Below, piece by piece: positions 1 through 12,538 of a stretch of DNA of 64,000 nt (positions are counted from its first letter, which is position 1; each line of letters begins with the position of its first letter). The stretch lies in assembly GCF_006345805.1 (NCBI RefSeq), contig NC_042998.1, positions 6,324,001 through 6,388,000 on the forward strand, in the 5' to 3' direction. Both the position numbers and the translations under genes were made by a program. This DNA comes from Octopus sinensis. Taxonomy: Eukaryota. The notes under the pieces are model-generated. The model worked only from the letters and a program-made list of their open reading frames with translations. It had not been told where the DNA came from and did not search any database.

Positions 1-254
1 CTATCACCCCCTTTTGCCAAACTGCCAAGCTACAACAGTGGTCGTCAAAAGGTGATGAGGGACAAACACACACACAAATACACTCGCACACATTTGACAG
101 GCTTCTTTCAGTTTCCATCAACCAAGTCCACCCATAAGGCTTTGGTCGGTCCGAGGTTATAGTAGAAGACACTTGCCCAAGGTGCTACACACTGACATGA
201 ACTGGGAACCTGTGTCAACGTTATTTTTTGTCTCTCTAAGAAGAAGAAGAAGAA

Positions 255-552
255 GACGGACCCCCTTTGGTCATGAATGACCAGGGGACTGCACCTAGAA
301 ATTTCCCCTCCGACGTACAAGTCTGGGCAAAGTTGTTTATGGAAGACCAGCAGTTTCCCATGCATACCAGCCTCCTCTCTCCGTACCACTGATGTTATCC
401 AAGGGAAAAGCAAAGGCACCAGTGATGTCACAACTCATTCCTGCAGCTGAGTGAACTGAAGCAATGTAGAATAAAGTGTCTCGTTCAAGAACTCAACATA
501 CAGCCCCGTCCCGGAATTGAACCTCATGATTGTGAGCCTGATGCCCTAACCT
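255..552 (-). mobile_element. tRNA-headed SINE-H
   Basis: Shares ctggtcttccataaacaac / gagaggctggtatgcatgg with the 38624 and 58883 copies. Confidence 0.72.
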
Positions 553-1106
553 CTGAGCATTCACTTTGTCTGTTTAACTAATACAGTTATCATACAATTT
601 TTAAATTCCCTTTAACTTCTGTGTATCAGCTGAGCTACATCTATACATTTTACCCTATCCTTAACCAACACACAATAATTCCATTAACTGGAGTTAATTT
701 ACAACTAATATTCACAACCCCTGAAGATTTCTTCTTAGCACTTTGCTAATAAGAACGGTTTATAAACTATAAACTATCAGCTTTTAATTTTAATCTTTAT
801 GCATAAACTTTATTTAGTCATCTTTAGCTGCATAAATCTCAATAATTCAGGATTCATTGACAAATTTGAAGAGTTTTATACATTTACTTTCCCATTCCTA
901 TATCATTTCTTCTTTACATTTCAGTTCTTTTGCTTCAACTTTTAGAGTTTCTTCACCCTTAATCTTTACTGATTTATATGTGAGTTTTGTTTCTAAATTT
1001 CATTACAGGGGTATAAGCCACTTAACCCCTAACCCTTCACAGGACTTTATTAATTTCTCAGTGCACAGTGTATCAGTTTCTGCTTTTATGGTTTTCTAAG
1101 CTAAGC

Positions 1107-1341
1107 ACCATCCGATTGTGGCTGTTTGCCAGCCTCGTCTGGCCCCTGTACCGGTGGCACATAAAAAGCACCCACTACACTCACAGAGTGGTTGGCGTTA
1201 GGAAGGGCATCCAGCTGTAGAAACACTGCCAGGTCAGACTGGAGCTTGGCACAGCCTCCTGGCTTCCCAGATCCCGGTCGAACTGTACAACCCATGCTAG
1301 CATGGAAAACGGACGTTAAACAATGATGATGATGATGATGA
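1107..1341 (+). mobile_element. Family G: (GAT)n-tailed LINE-3'-like short element
   Basis: Conserved ggaagggcatccagctgtagaaac and ggaaaacggacgttaaac(a/g)atgatgat end. Confidence 0.82.
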
Positions 1342-2090
1342 TAATTGAATCCCCTCTCCCATAGATTTCATGTTCTCTTATTACTCGCCTCTGCCCCCCT
1401 TAAATCCATTAGTTATTGTTCCTCCCTAAGTTTTTATTTCATACACATTTTCACACAAAGGCCTGTATCACTTCATTATTACAGCCTTGTCTAGTGTTCT
1501 TCCATCTTCCCGTAAGTTATCACCCATAACTTATTTCCTTACCTTTCCAGTTCATTCGCTGCTCCCTTAACCCTCATAAAACTAACAGCCTCTCATGATT
1601 CCCAGCCCAGTCATATCGCTATGCAACATGCCTTTTGTCACACTTCAAATCATCATCATCATTGAATGTCCATTTTCCTACACTGGCATGGGTTGGGCAG
1701 TTTGGCCAGAGCTGCACCAGGTTCAAACCGTCTGTTTTGGCATGGTTTCTACAGCTCGATGCCCTTCCTAAAGTCAACCACTCTTACAGAGTGTGCTTGG
1801 TACTTTTTACAAGGCACCAGCACCAGTCTTTACATGACACCAGCATGGGTGCTTTTACATGGCACCAGCTTGGGAGATTTTTACCTGGCACCAGAAGGTG
1901 TGCATAAAAACATGGCATCAGCACAGGGCTCTTCCAAGCTAATCTTCTTCAGTTGTGGGAGTAGCATTGATAATTCTAATGCATTTCATAACAGCAGTGA
2001 AGATACTCTCTCCTCCTCACTTGATTGTTCAGTTTACGCCTTGAATTTATATCAGATATTTTCAATTCCCTTGCACTATATAAAGATATA

Positions 2091-2388
2091 TCACGTGACC
2101 GACCAGACCGTCAGATGTTGTTACACATCGCTGGTCACAATGCGTTCGCATTGTTTTAGCCTTCAAATGGCGCCACCCCGCTGGCTAAGCGAGCAGGCCA
2201 ACAGAAGAAAGAGTGGGAGAAAGAGTGGTGAAAGAATACAGCAGGGATCACCACCCCCTGCCGGAGCCTCGTGGAGCTTTTAGGTGTTTTCGCTCAATAA
2301 ACACTCACAACGCCCGGTCTGGGAATCGAAACCGCGATCCTGCGACCGCGAGTCCGCTGCCCTAACCACTAGGCCATTGCACCTCCAC
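2091..2388 (-). mobile_element. tRNA-headed SINE-B (head shared with A, different tail)
   Basis: Pol III A/B-box-like head; TSD ataaagatata at 2080-90 and 2389-99. Confidence 0.85.
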
Positions 2389-2962
2389 ATAAAGATATAT
2401 ACAGCCCATTAAACTTGCTTTCTCTCAAGCCCTAATTTCTTTCAATGCTGCCATTCAAGTAGCTGCATTATTAACTCACTGCCTTCCAACACAGGAGATT
2501 TAATTAACTAACATACAAATTAGTTAACAAACAGATTTTTCTTCCCTTAATACTTAATCACACTGAATTTTAATTTTGCTTTACAAGTCCGCTTGTTCCA
2601 ACAAACTCTGCATATTCTTTTTTGCTTTTGCATCTCTCTTATTTTCACATTGTCTTTTATTTTTACCCTTTCCTCCAATTGCTCAACATATGGGCTTTCA
2701 AAGTCAACGACATATACATTGAAGCACGTGTTTGTACCATGCCAATCCCTTATAACAGGTGTCACTAGAATGCAAAATAAACTGCAATTCATCTTTATTA
2801 CTTTAATTATTATCACCACTACATTCCTCTATGGCTTGCCATAGAATGTTAATACCAGTAATTTCACCTGCCACATTCTTACCATCAAAATTATTGTTTC
2901 AGCCTAAGCCTGTATATATTTATTGGTTTATCATCATTATTATGGCAGCAGCTAGTATCATC

Positions 2963-3196
2963 TATTTCTTTACTACCCACAGGGGGCTACACACAGTGAG
3001 GGACAAACAAGGACAGACAAACGGATTAAGTTGATTATATCGACCCCAGTCCGTAACAGGTACTTATTTAATCGACCGCGAAGGGATGAAAGGCAAAGTC
3101 AACCTTGGTGGAATTTGAACTCAGAACGTAATGGAAGAAGAAATACGGCTACGTATTTTGCCCAGCATGCTACCGGTTCTGCCGGCTCACCGCCTT
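2963..3196 (-). mobile_element. tRNA-headed SINE-F
   Basis: 17 bp TSD cagcagctag(t/c)atcatc at 2946-62 and 3197-3213. Confidence 0.88.
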
Positions 3197-3254
3197 CAGC
3201 AGCTAGCATCATCATCATCGTCATTGTAATTGTTGTTGTGATTATTATTATTGT

Positions 3255-3553
3255 GGAGGCACATGGCCTAGTGATTAGAGCAGCAGACTCACAGTTGAGG
3301 GATCGCGGGTTCGAATCTCAGACCGGGCGATGTGTGTGTTTATGACTGAAACACCTAAGCTCCACACGGCTCCGGCAGAAGGTAATGGCAAACTTCTGCT
3401 GACTCTTTCACCACAACTTTCTCTCACTCTTTCCTCCTGCATCTTGCAGCTCACCTGCGACGGACCGGTGTCCCGTCCAGGTGGGGAACCTATACGCCAA
3501 GGAAACCGGGAAACCAGCCCTATGAGCCAGGCATGGCTCGAGAAGGAACAAAC
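3255..3553 (+). mobile_element. tRNA-headed SINE-C
   Basis: Head related to A; tail ..ggctcgagaaggaacaaac; inserted in (ATT)n; matches the 8132 copy. Confidence 0.85.
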
Positions 3554-6358
3554 ATTATTATTATTACTGGTAAATAGGGTGGATGAGCTGGCAGACTAAT
3601 TAGCCAGCTAGGCAAAATGCTTATCAGCATTTTGTTTGTCTTTACATTCTGAGTTCAAATTCTACCGAGGTCAACTCTGCCTTTCATCTTTTAATAGTCA
3701 ACAATATAAGTGCCAGTCGAACGCTGGGGTTGATGTAATCAACTTATTCCCACCACCCAAAGAAATTGCTGCCCTTGTGCCAACATTTGAAGTCATTATT
3801 ATTATTACTGGCAAATATTTCTTCATGGACATTGCCAGGTGAAAAGTATCCAGTCCACACTGTAAAGTGGTTGGCATTTGGAAGGGCATCCAGCTCTAAA
3901 AACCATGCCAAAACCACAAAATGTCACAAGCCAGCTATGCTTGGACACTGAATGAGTGTATAGCAAATTTTTGTTGCAACTCATAATGCAAGCAGTTATC
4001 ATCATTATCAGCATAACTATCAGTCATCGTCAACATAATCACTTCAACGGTTGCCTCGCCATACTTGCATGGATCACATGGGGTTTACAGGGGCAGGTTT
4101 TTCCTGTTGTCAACCCTTATATGATTCTAAGCAAGGTAATGCTTCCCCATGGCCAGATGCATTCTTACAGGATATTGGAAGTGAATGACACTGCTTGTGT
4201 TATAGTGACAATCATTTATAACTATCACATAATGTCAAGACAAGGAGACACACAAGCATGCTTCCTACAGTTTCCCTCAACCAAATCCATTCACACGATT
4301 TTGATGGGCCTGGGGCATAGAAGACACTTGCCCAAAGTGCTACACAGTGGGACTGAACCCGGAACCATGTGGTTGGGAAGCAAACTTCTTAACCACACAG
4401 CCACACTGGAGGATGACAAAAAATAGAACAGAAATGTATGATTAAGGAACAGGTGAAGATGCGCACAAAATGAACTCAGTTTCACTCGGTTAAACTGCAA
4501 TAGCATTTGTTCTGGAAATAAAGTCAGAGAAATGAAACTATTTGTTATTCTGATATAAGTAAAAATTCCACAATAAGAATGAACCCAACTCTTCTTCCAT
4601 TGTGTAAAGCACAAAAGATGAGAAGGAGAAATTTTGTGAAAAGCAAACAATAATGATAGAATCAACCTGTGTTTGCAAGCACACAAATTTGTGCGAGAAC
4701 ATGTGAATTTATTATATATTGTAAGTGAAAAAAGTATTATATGAATGCAAGTATTAATATATTAAGATAGTGTCACATTAAAAATGGAAGGACGAAAATT
4801 TAGCAGAAAGCTACAGAGAAACTGTCACAAATTTATGTATGCCAATAATACATTTATGAGGTTAGAATATTTAAAATCAGCTTTTATCGTTCTTTTCTTC
4901 TTTCTTTTTTTTGGCCATGTATAAATATCTGGGCATATTTTTGGGTATTTCCAATACAAACATATACACAAAGCACCACACATGCAAACACACACACCCA
5001 TGAAACGTATAAACACACAAGACTCAATAAATCTCTGTAAATGTTGCATCCATATCATTAGAAGTATCAATATTATACTCATTACTATTGTGTTATCAAC
5101 TATAATTCAAACAGATAATATATTAACTATGAATAATAATATCTATACATTATCTTCGGGTCTGATAAATTTGTAAATGTGGTGAAGTGTTTTATGCCCA
5201 GAACTAAAGCGAATGGCATTCTCTTTGCTGTTGTTTGCCCCCCCCCCCCCCAACTCACGATTCCTACCACCATCTAATAGGTTTACATAGATGCAAGAGA
5301 GGCATTTTTTCTTTTTGTTCTTTTAGAAATTAATAATATAATAAAACCTACTTTCAAGAATATGAATCACTTGAAGAGTAGTATATATATATCAAAGCTA
5401 TTGCCAGCATGAAAGCATTTGCAAGGAACCATAATCGGCAACAATCGGAATTAGAGTCTCCTTCTTTGTAGCAAAGAATGGTAGACATAGACAAGTGTTA
5501 CAGCAACAACACAGAAATAAATCTGATGAATCATCTCAGGAAAACCAAAGAAAACAAGAGAGAGAGAGAGAGAGAGATTAAAAAACAAAAAGAAATGAAT
5601 CGCAAAGAAATTCCCTAAGCAATCCATATAGAAAACCAAGTCCATTGACTAATCAGATGAAATCATTACATCAAAGAATTATGCCATGATAGATTTCAAA
5701 GTCCTGTTACCTAGAGCAATTAGCTCCATCTATTACCAAGGGCAGTGGGAAATGAAGACTAGAAAAGCAGGAAGAAAACACAAAATAAAGAACTCATACC
5801 AGAATTAAGCACTGCAGTATGTATGCTTAATACTGCATATACACACCCACATGCATGTTTAATGGACACACTTGTACAGTTACACTTGGCACATAGCCTT
5901 AGATCTATTCGAAGGGTCAGGCTGAGGTGAGAATCAAAAGAAGCTATATTCAGTTCAGGGAAAATCAATTAAGAAGCAATGATTATTCAAAAAGATACTC
6001 CACGCTTGCTGCTTTTATTATTTTTTTTTTTTCCCCTTTCCTTGCTCTTTGTTTTCGTTGTTTTTACACTTTGTTCTTTCGTGGAATATGCAATAGATAC
6101 ATCACAATCACTACTTTCTCATCGTAATGCGACGAAAAAGATATTTCTTACAAGTTCTGAAATGTAAGCTGCTGCCAGCTACCAGTGTTATCTCGAGTGG
6201 CACTGCCGCAATTGTGTGGGAAGTATTTTTGTTTTGTTTTGTTTTGTTTTGTTGGTAACGAGAAGAAATAAAAGTAATGATTATATCTTTTGTATGTCAA
6301 TATGGACAATTTCACGGAGAAGAAATAGAGAAAGTGTTACAATAAACTAGCAAGAAGA

Positions 6359-6363
6359 ATATG

Positions 6364-6406
<43 letters not shown>

Positions 6407-6525
6407 ACACAAACACACACGTGAATATATATATATACATATAAATATATATACATACACACACACACATGTGAATATATATATATATATATATATATAC
6501 ATAGTACGTTTATATATTTGTTGTG

Positions 6526-6572
<47 letters not shown>

Positions 6573-6690
6573 ATATGTATATATATGTGTGTGTGTCTGT
6601 ATTTATATATATATAGATAGATAGATATATACATACATATATATATACAGATATGTATATACACACAACACGTGTGTATGTGTGCCTAAA
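6359..6690. repeat. Compound (TA)n/(CA)n microsatellite
   Basis: Direct reading. Confidence 0.97.
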
Positions 6691-7132
6691 CATAAATACA
6701 AATGTTATCCTACTCTTCCTCTCTACGTCTTAAGGATTTATTTTTATTCTTTAGTCAACACAAAGATAATTGATTTCTATTATTAAACTTAAACAGTCAA
6801 AAGCACAGATTCATATTGAAGGCCAGGAGTAATGTGGCTAAACAAGGAATCTGTAATTAGGCAAGCAGCAGTACAATAATACTATCGACATCCAAACACA
6901 TTTTACACTATGGCCATAGTTTTTTAAGTGGCACATTTAAAATGGTGACCAGTTAATCACCAACACCTGATTTTCTAGGTGTCTCTTGAGTAAGATGATT
7001 GAGCCATGCCTAACACACTGCCCCATCCATTTACCTCCAACATTTGATTCTCTGGGTTTCTTTTAACCCTTTTACATTCAGGTTACCCAGTCAAATGCAA
7101 TGCTTATATATTCACACTATTTTGGATTAATC

Positions 7133-7401
7133 ACACCGAATGTGGCCGATGCCTTGGCTGGCTTCCGTACCAGTGGCATGTTAAAAGCACCAACCGATCG
7201 TGGCCGCTGCCAGCTTCCCCTGGCACGTAAAAAGCACCCACTACACTCACGGAGTGGTTGGCATTAAGAAGAGCATCCAGCTGTAGAAACACTGCCAGAT
7301 CAGACCGGAGCCTGGTGCAGCCCCTGGCTTCCCAGGCCCCGGTCGAACCGTCCAACCCGTGCTAGCGCGGAAAACGGACGTTAAACAATGATGATGATGA
7401 T
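7133..7401 (+). mobile_element. Family G element splitting a MITE-2
   Basis: Same motifs as the 1107 copy. Confidence 0.82.
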
Positions 7402-7893
7402 TTGAGATTTCAATGATGTGACTGATTATTTATAGAATGATATTGTAGGGTTGCAATAAGAGGCAGGATCTGACCAGTTTGAACATAAAACAGGTAGAAT
7501 AACAGGATAAACACACTGACCAGTTTATTGATAACACCTGTTATTTTTTTCCTTTGTTTTAAGATACCTTTTGGGTGACAGTGCCATACTTAACAGATTG
7601 TCTCTTTTATCACCGACACCTGACTCTCTGGTCAGCAGTCTCCAATCTTTTTTTTTTATACCATTGATTAGTTCCATGCCAGGTCATTTTCCCTCAGACT
7701 GGGAAATGATTTGCATAACAAAATGCAATAAAGTACAAAACATATAATTTAATTATGACATATAGACTCCTTATATATTACATATATAATATATGAGGTC
7801 TGTTTAAAAAGCATCCAACTATATTTTTTCCAGCCAAAACTAATGCCATGTGGGCAAAATCTTTTCGGCTGGAGGTAACACTACTGTTTCAGT

Positions 7894-8128
7894 GGAGGTG
7901 CGTGGCTTAGTGGTTAGGGTGTCAGCATCATGATCGTAAGATTGTGGTTTTGATTCCTGGACCAGGCGACGCATTGTGTTCTTGAGCAAAACGCTTCATT
8001 TCACGTTGCTCCAGTCCACTCAGCTGGCAAACATGAGTAACACTGTGATGGACTGGTGTCTCATCCAGCTGGGGAAGACATACGCCATAGAAACTGGGAA
8101 ACTGGGCCCATCAACCTGGCTAGGCTTT
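7894..8128 (+). mobile_element. tRNA-headed SINE-D
   Basis: Matches the 50970 copy; lies directly upstream of SINE-C inside the mariner. Confidence 0.85.
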
Positions 8129-8131
8129 AGT

Positions 8132-8436
8132 GGAGGCACATGGCCTAGTGGTTAGAGCAGCAGACTCGTGCTCGAGGGATCGAAGTTTCGAATCTCAGAC
8201 CAGGCGATGTGTGTGTTTATGAGCGAAACACCTAAGCTCCACGCAGCTCTGGGAGAAGGTAAAGGCAAACTTCTGCTGACTCTTTCGCCACAACTTTCTC
8301 TCACTCTTTCCTCCTGCATCTTGGAGCTCACCTGCGACGGACTGGCGTCCCGTCCAGGTGGGGAACCTATATGCCAAGGAAACCGGGGAACTGGCCCTTA
8401 TGTGCCAGGCGTGGCTCGAGAAGGAACAAACAAAAA
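8132..8436 (+). mobile_element. tRNA-headed SINE-C
   Basis: The D+C block is flanked by acactact(g/a)tttcagtg at 7878-94 and 8437-53. Confidence 0.85.
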
Positions 8437-9146
8437 ACACTACTATTTCAGTGCATGTGTGAAAATTTACATGCTGGAAGGTCGCGTCATTTCCCAGCTG
8501 TTATGCCAAGAGTAGAAACATGTAGTGCAGGTTATCATTTTCATGCAACATGTCCAAATATGCTGAGTAGAGTTTTGCTAGAAACTTGATGATACTCAAA
8601 ATCAAATCAAACAGAAGATTCAGTAAGCTTTCAGCAATGATGCCCTGGGAAAAACTCAGATCAAGGAGTGGTTCAACTGCTTCAGACATGGCTGTACCTC
8701 AGTGGTGGATGAAACATGCTCAGGCAGGCCATCCACAGGCCGAAATGCAGAGTTGATTGAGGGGTCGACGAATAGTCATGGAGGACCAGCAGGTGACAAT
8801 CCAGGAAATCACTAATGAAGTGGGACTGAGCACAGGATCAGTGCATTCCATTTTGATAGAGGATTTGTGAAATGCAGAGAGTGTCAGCAGAATTTGACCC
8901 AAAAGTGCTGACAGAGCAGCAGAAGCAACAATGCATGGAAATCGCTCAGGACTTGCTGGACTGTGCAAACCATGACCCAGACTTCATGAAGACCATCATC
9001 ACTGGTGATAAAACAGGGGTTTGTGGTTACAACCTGGAAACTAAGTTCCAGTCCACTCAATGGAAGCATTCGTCATCACCAAGGTTCAAAAAAAGCACAG
9101 GTGCACAGTGTTGTGAAGAAATTGCAACCTGCTTCTTTAACTCCCA

Positions 9147-9363
9147 TGGTGGCGAGCTGGAAGAATCATTAGCACGCCGGGTGAAATGCTTGGTGGTATT
9201 TCATCTGTCTTTACGTTCTGAGTACAAATTCTGCCGAGGTTGACTTTGCCTTTCGTCCTTTCGGGGTCGATAAATTAAGTACCAGTTTCGTACTGGGGTC
9301 GATCTAACCAACTGGCCCCCTCCGCTAAAATTTCGGGCCTTGTGCCTAGAGTAGAAAAGAATA
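9147..9363 (+). mobile_element. SINE-F variant with alternative tail
   Basis: F head and body, tail ..cttgtgcctagagtagaaaagaata. Confidence 0.8.
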
Positions 9364-9603
9364 GGTACCACAATGCCAAACAATCAATAAGGAATAGTAC
9401 CTACAGGTTATATGTCGTTGATTTGTTTGACAAAACCCTTCAAGACAGGACCCAAGCAGGACCGCAGTCCAATGAGTGAAACAAGTAAAAGGAAAAAAAA
9501 AGATAGATTTGTGCAACAGAATATGAACTGATTTCAGTTTCATTTATTTAAACCTAAATGCATTGAATTAAGAAATGATGAGGAGTGCAAATTCTGTAAA
9601 TAG

Positions 9604-9891
9604 TAATTATAAGCTTTAAGCTTATAAGCATTCAGCCTGTATTGGCTAGAGAAATAGTCTATCATAGGGGCATAAAGCCCTCCACAGACAAAAATGGGTA
9701 TCAGTATGCATATGAATCGAACCCATACCAGTCATTTTAGTATATGTTTATCGTGAAAATAATGTATGGGTTCAATTCCCCTGTGTACTAATACCCATTT
9801 TTCCCCCATCGAGGGCTTATAGGCCCTAATATAAAACCATTTTCTATCGCTAATACACAGTGAATGTTTATAAGCTTAAAGTTTATAATTA
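9604..9891. mobile_element. Foldback (hairpin) MITE-like element
   Basis: About 125 bp imperfect inverted arms (taattataagctttaagcttataagcattca.. / ..tgaatgtttataagcttaaagtttataatta). Confidence 0.8.
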
Positions 9892-9942
9892 TTATTTATT
9901 AACAGTATAGATACATATTTTTGACTTGTTGAGGCAAGTGAA

Positions 9943-10299
9943 AATCAAAAAATCAAAAATCAAAATCGATCAACATGAATGGAAATTGTAGCTGGGATAC
10001 CAGTGCTGGTGGCACATAAGAGAACCATCCGAATGTGGCCGTTGCCAGTGCCGCACCGACTGGCTTCCATGCCGGTGGCATGTAAAAAGCACCATCCGAC
10101 CATGGCCGTTGCCAGCCTCGTCTGGCACGTAAAAAGCACCCACTACACTCATGGAGTGGTTGGCGTTAGGAAGCGCATCCAGCCGTAGAAACATTGCCAG
10201 ATCAGACTGGGCCTAGTGCAGACTTCTGGCTTCCCAGACCCCGGTCGAACCATCCAACCCATGCTAGCACGGAAAGCGGACGCTAAACGATGATGATGA
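9943..10299 (+). mobile_element. Family G element
   Basis: Same motifs; internal ccggtggcac repeats. Confidence 0.82.
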
Positions 10300-10634
10300 T
10301 TTCTCAAGCAAGTGACTCAATCCCATCATGGATTGTAAGTGAAGTATCATTACATTTCAAAACACAGAAAACCAAGTAAATTCACTGCTCATTTATTTGT
10401 TGAAACAAGTGAAAACTATGTTTACAATGGTTCTTCTCTTAATTGCTACATATTCAAACATCTACGTTATGTTCCTCCCTGACTCCCTATATCTATGTAC
10501 GTCCACTTGGAACTAGATTGATCATTTGAAGCCATACAGTTTACACAAAACAAGCAACAGACAGCCAAAATGTGACAATTGTTTTTGTTTTTAATCATTC
10601 ACCTGATTATTCCAAAACTTCAGCAAATCATCTC

Positions 10635-10674
<40 letters not shown>

Positions 10675-11139
10675 CACAAACACTTCAGTTGTCTACACTG
10701 ATTGTTATGGCATTTATCAGAGGCGACACGCATGCTGCTAATTTCTGTTTCAATTAAACTAAAGTGACCTATTAAACACTGAACGTATCAAACTAAATTT
10801 GCCATAATTCCTGAAAGAGGAAGCTTTTAGACAGTCTTTGCCGTGTGAAATTAATAGAATTAGTAAACACAGTGTGAGCTTGCAAGAGAATCATTAACTG
10901 CAGCCTAGGTGTTTCGTTTGAAAACCAACTACACACACAACACATGCTAATTCGAGATCTTTGAATACAATCATCCATTTAAACTTCTCCAAGTTGGTAG
11001 GACCTGTAAAAGTGATGGATATCCCATTCACCCAGCCCAACCCACCCTTACTGACTAAGTAATTAAGAAGTAAACAGATAGCAGAAAGTTATATAAGAAA
11101 CATTTTGCTCACCGCCTACCCTCACATACAGCCGACCCG

Positions 11140-11430
11140 AGTGAGAATCAGTCTTGGAGTTGTATTATCAACACATTGAAAGGTAGGAAAGTCCAGTTTG
11201 CTGGACATTGTTGTAGAGCTGAAAAAGAGGTAATTTCTACTCTTCTCCTCTGGAAGCCATCTACTCGCAATACCAGAGGGCGCACACTCTCCTACCCTGA
11301 TGTAATCTCCAGGGATACAGGCATCCAGCAACAGGACCTCCGTAATGCCATGATGGACTGTGAAGTCTGGCGTAGCATGGTAAATTCCGTTGTCTCGACC
11401 ACGGTCGAACAATGATGATGATGATGATGA
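11140..11430 (+). mobile_element. 3' end of RTE-like LINE (copy 1)
   Basis: ORF2-like C-terminus RKVQFAGHCCRAEKEVISTLLLWKP..DLRNAMMDCEVWRSMV followed by a (GAT)n tail. Confidence 0.75.
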
Positions 11431-12074
11431 CCACATTTGGAAATCCAAGCTCTGTCCGCAATGATTTTCTTATTATCAAATGCATTGTTTATTTACCTCT
11501 GAATAAATGAACAAGAGATGATGGACTACGAAGAAGAAAAGAAGGACAGAAGGGTGATGAAATGGACAAAGACACACACACACACAACACACACACACAC
11601 ACACAAAATCACAAACACTTCAGTTGTCTACACTGATTGTTATGGCATTTATCAGAGGCGACACGCATGCTGCTAATTTCTGTTTCAATTAAACTAAAGT
11701 GACCTATTAAACACTGAACGTATCAAACTAAATTTGCCATAATTCCTGAAAGAGGAAGCTTTTAGACAGTCTTTGCCGTGTGAAATTAATAGAATTAGTA
11801 AACACAGTGTGAGCTTGCAAGAGAATCATTAACTGCAGCCTAGGTGTTTCGTTTGAAAACCAACTACACACACAACACATGCTAATTCGAGATCTTTGAA
11901 TACAATCATCCATTTAAACTTCTCCAAGTTGGTAGGACCTGTAAAAGTGATGGATATCCCATTCACCCAGCCCAACCCACCCTTACTGACTAAGTAATTA
12001 AGAAGTAAACAGATAGCAGAAAGTTATATAAGAAACATTTTGCTCACCGCCTACCCTCACATACAGCCGACCCG

Positions 12075-12365
12075 AGTGAGAATCAGTCTTGGAGTTGTAT
12101 TATCAACACATTGAAAGGTAGGAAAGTCCAGTTTGCTGGACATTGTTGTAGAGCTGAAAAAGAGGTAATTTCTACTCTTCTCCTCTGGAAGCCATCTACT
12201 CGCAATACCAGAGGGCGCACACTCTCCTACCCTGATGTAATCTCCAGGGATACAGGCATCCAGCAACAGGACCTCCGTAATGCCATGATGGACTGTGAAG
12301 TCTGGCGTAGCATGGTAAATTCCGTTGTCTCGACCACGGTCGAACAATGATGATGATGATGATGA
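12075..12365 (+). mobile_element. 3' end of RTE-like LINE (copy 2, inside the 935 bp duplication)
   Basis: Same translation as the 11140 copy, offset by 935 bp. Confidence 0.75.
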
Positions 12366-12505
12366 CCACATTTGGAAATCCAAGCTCTGTCCGCAATGAT
12401 TTTCTTATTATCAAATGCATTGTTTATTTACCTCTGAATAAATGAACAAGAGATGATGGACTACGAAGAAGAAAAGAAGGACAGAAGGGTGATGAAATGG
12501 ACAAA

Positions 12506-12538
<33 letters not shown>

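Larger units (their letters stand above)
7794..9135 (+). mobile_element. Degenerate mariner, interrupted by two SINEs and 3'-truncated
   Basis: TA + TIR-like tgaggtctgtttaaaaagcatcc. Transposase remnants include KTQIKEWFNCFRHG and MQRVSAEFDPKVLTEQQKQQCMEIAQDLL..FMKTIITGDKTGVCGYNLETKFQSTQWK (first Asp of the D,D34D triad). Confidence 0.85.
10636..12537. repeat. 935 bp head-to-tail duplication bounded by (CA)n tracts
   Basis: Four ORF pairs are identical at +935 (10793/11728, 11122/12057, 11176/12111, 11261/12196). CA tracts at 10636, 11572 and 12506. Confidence 0.97.
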
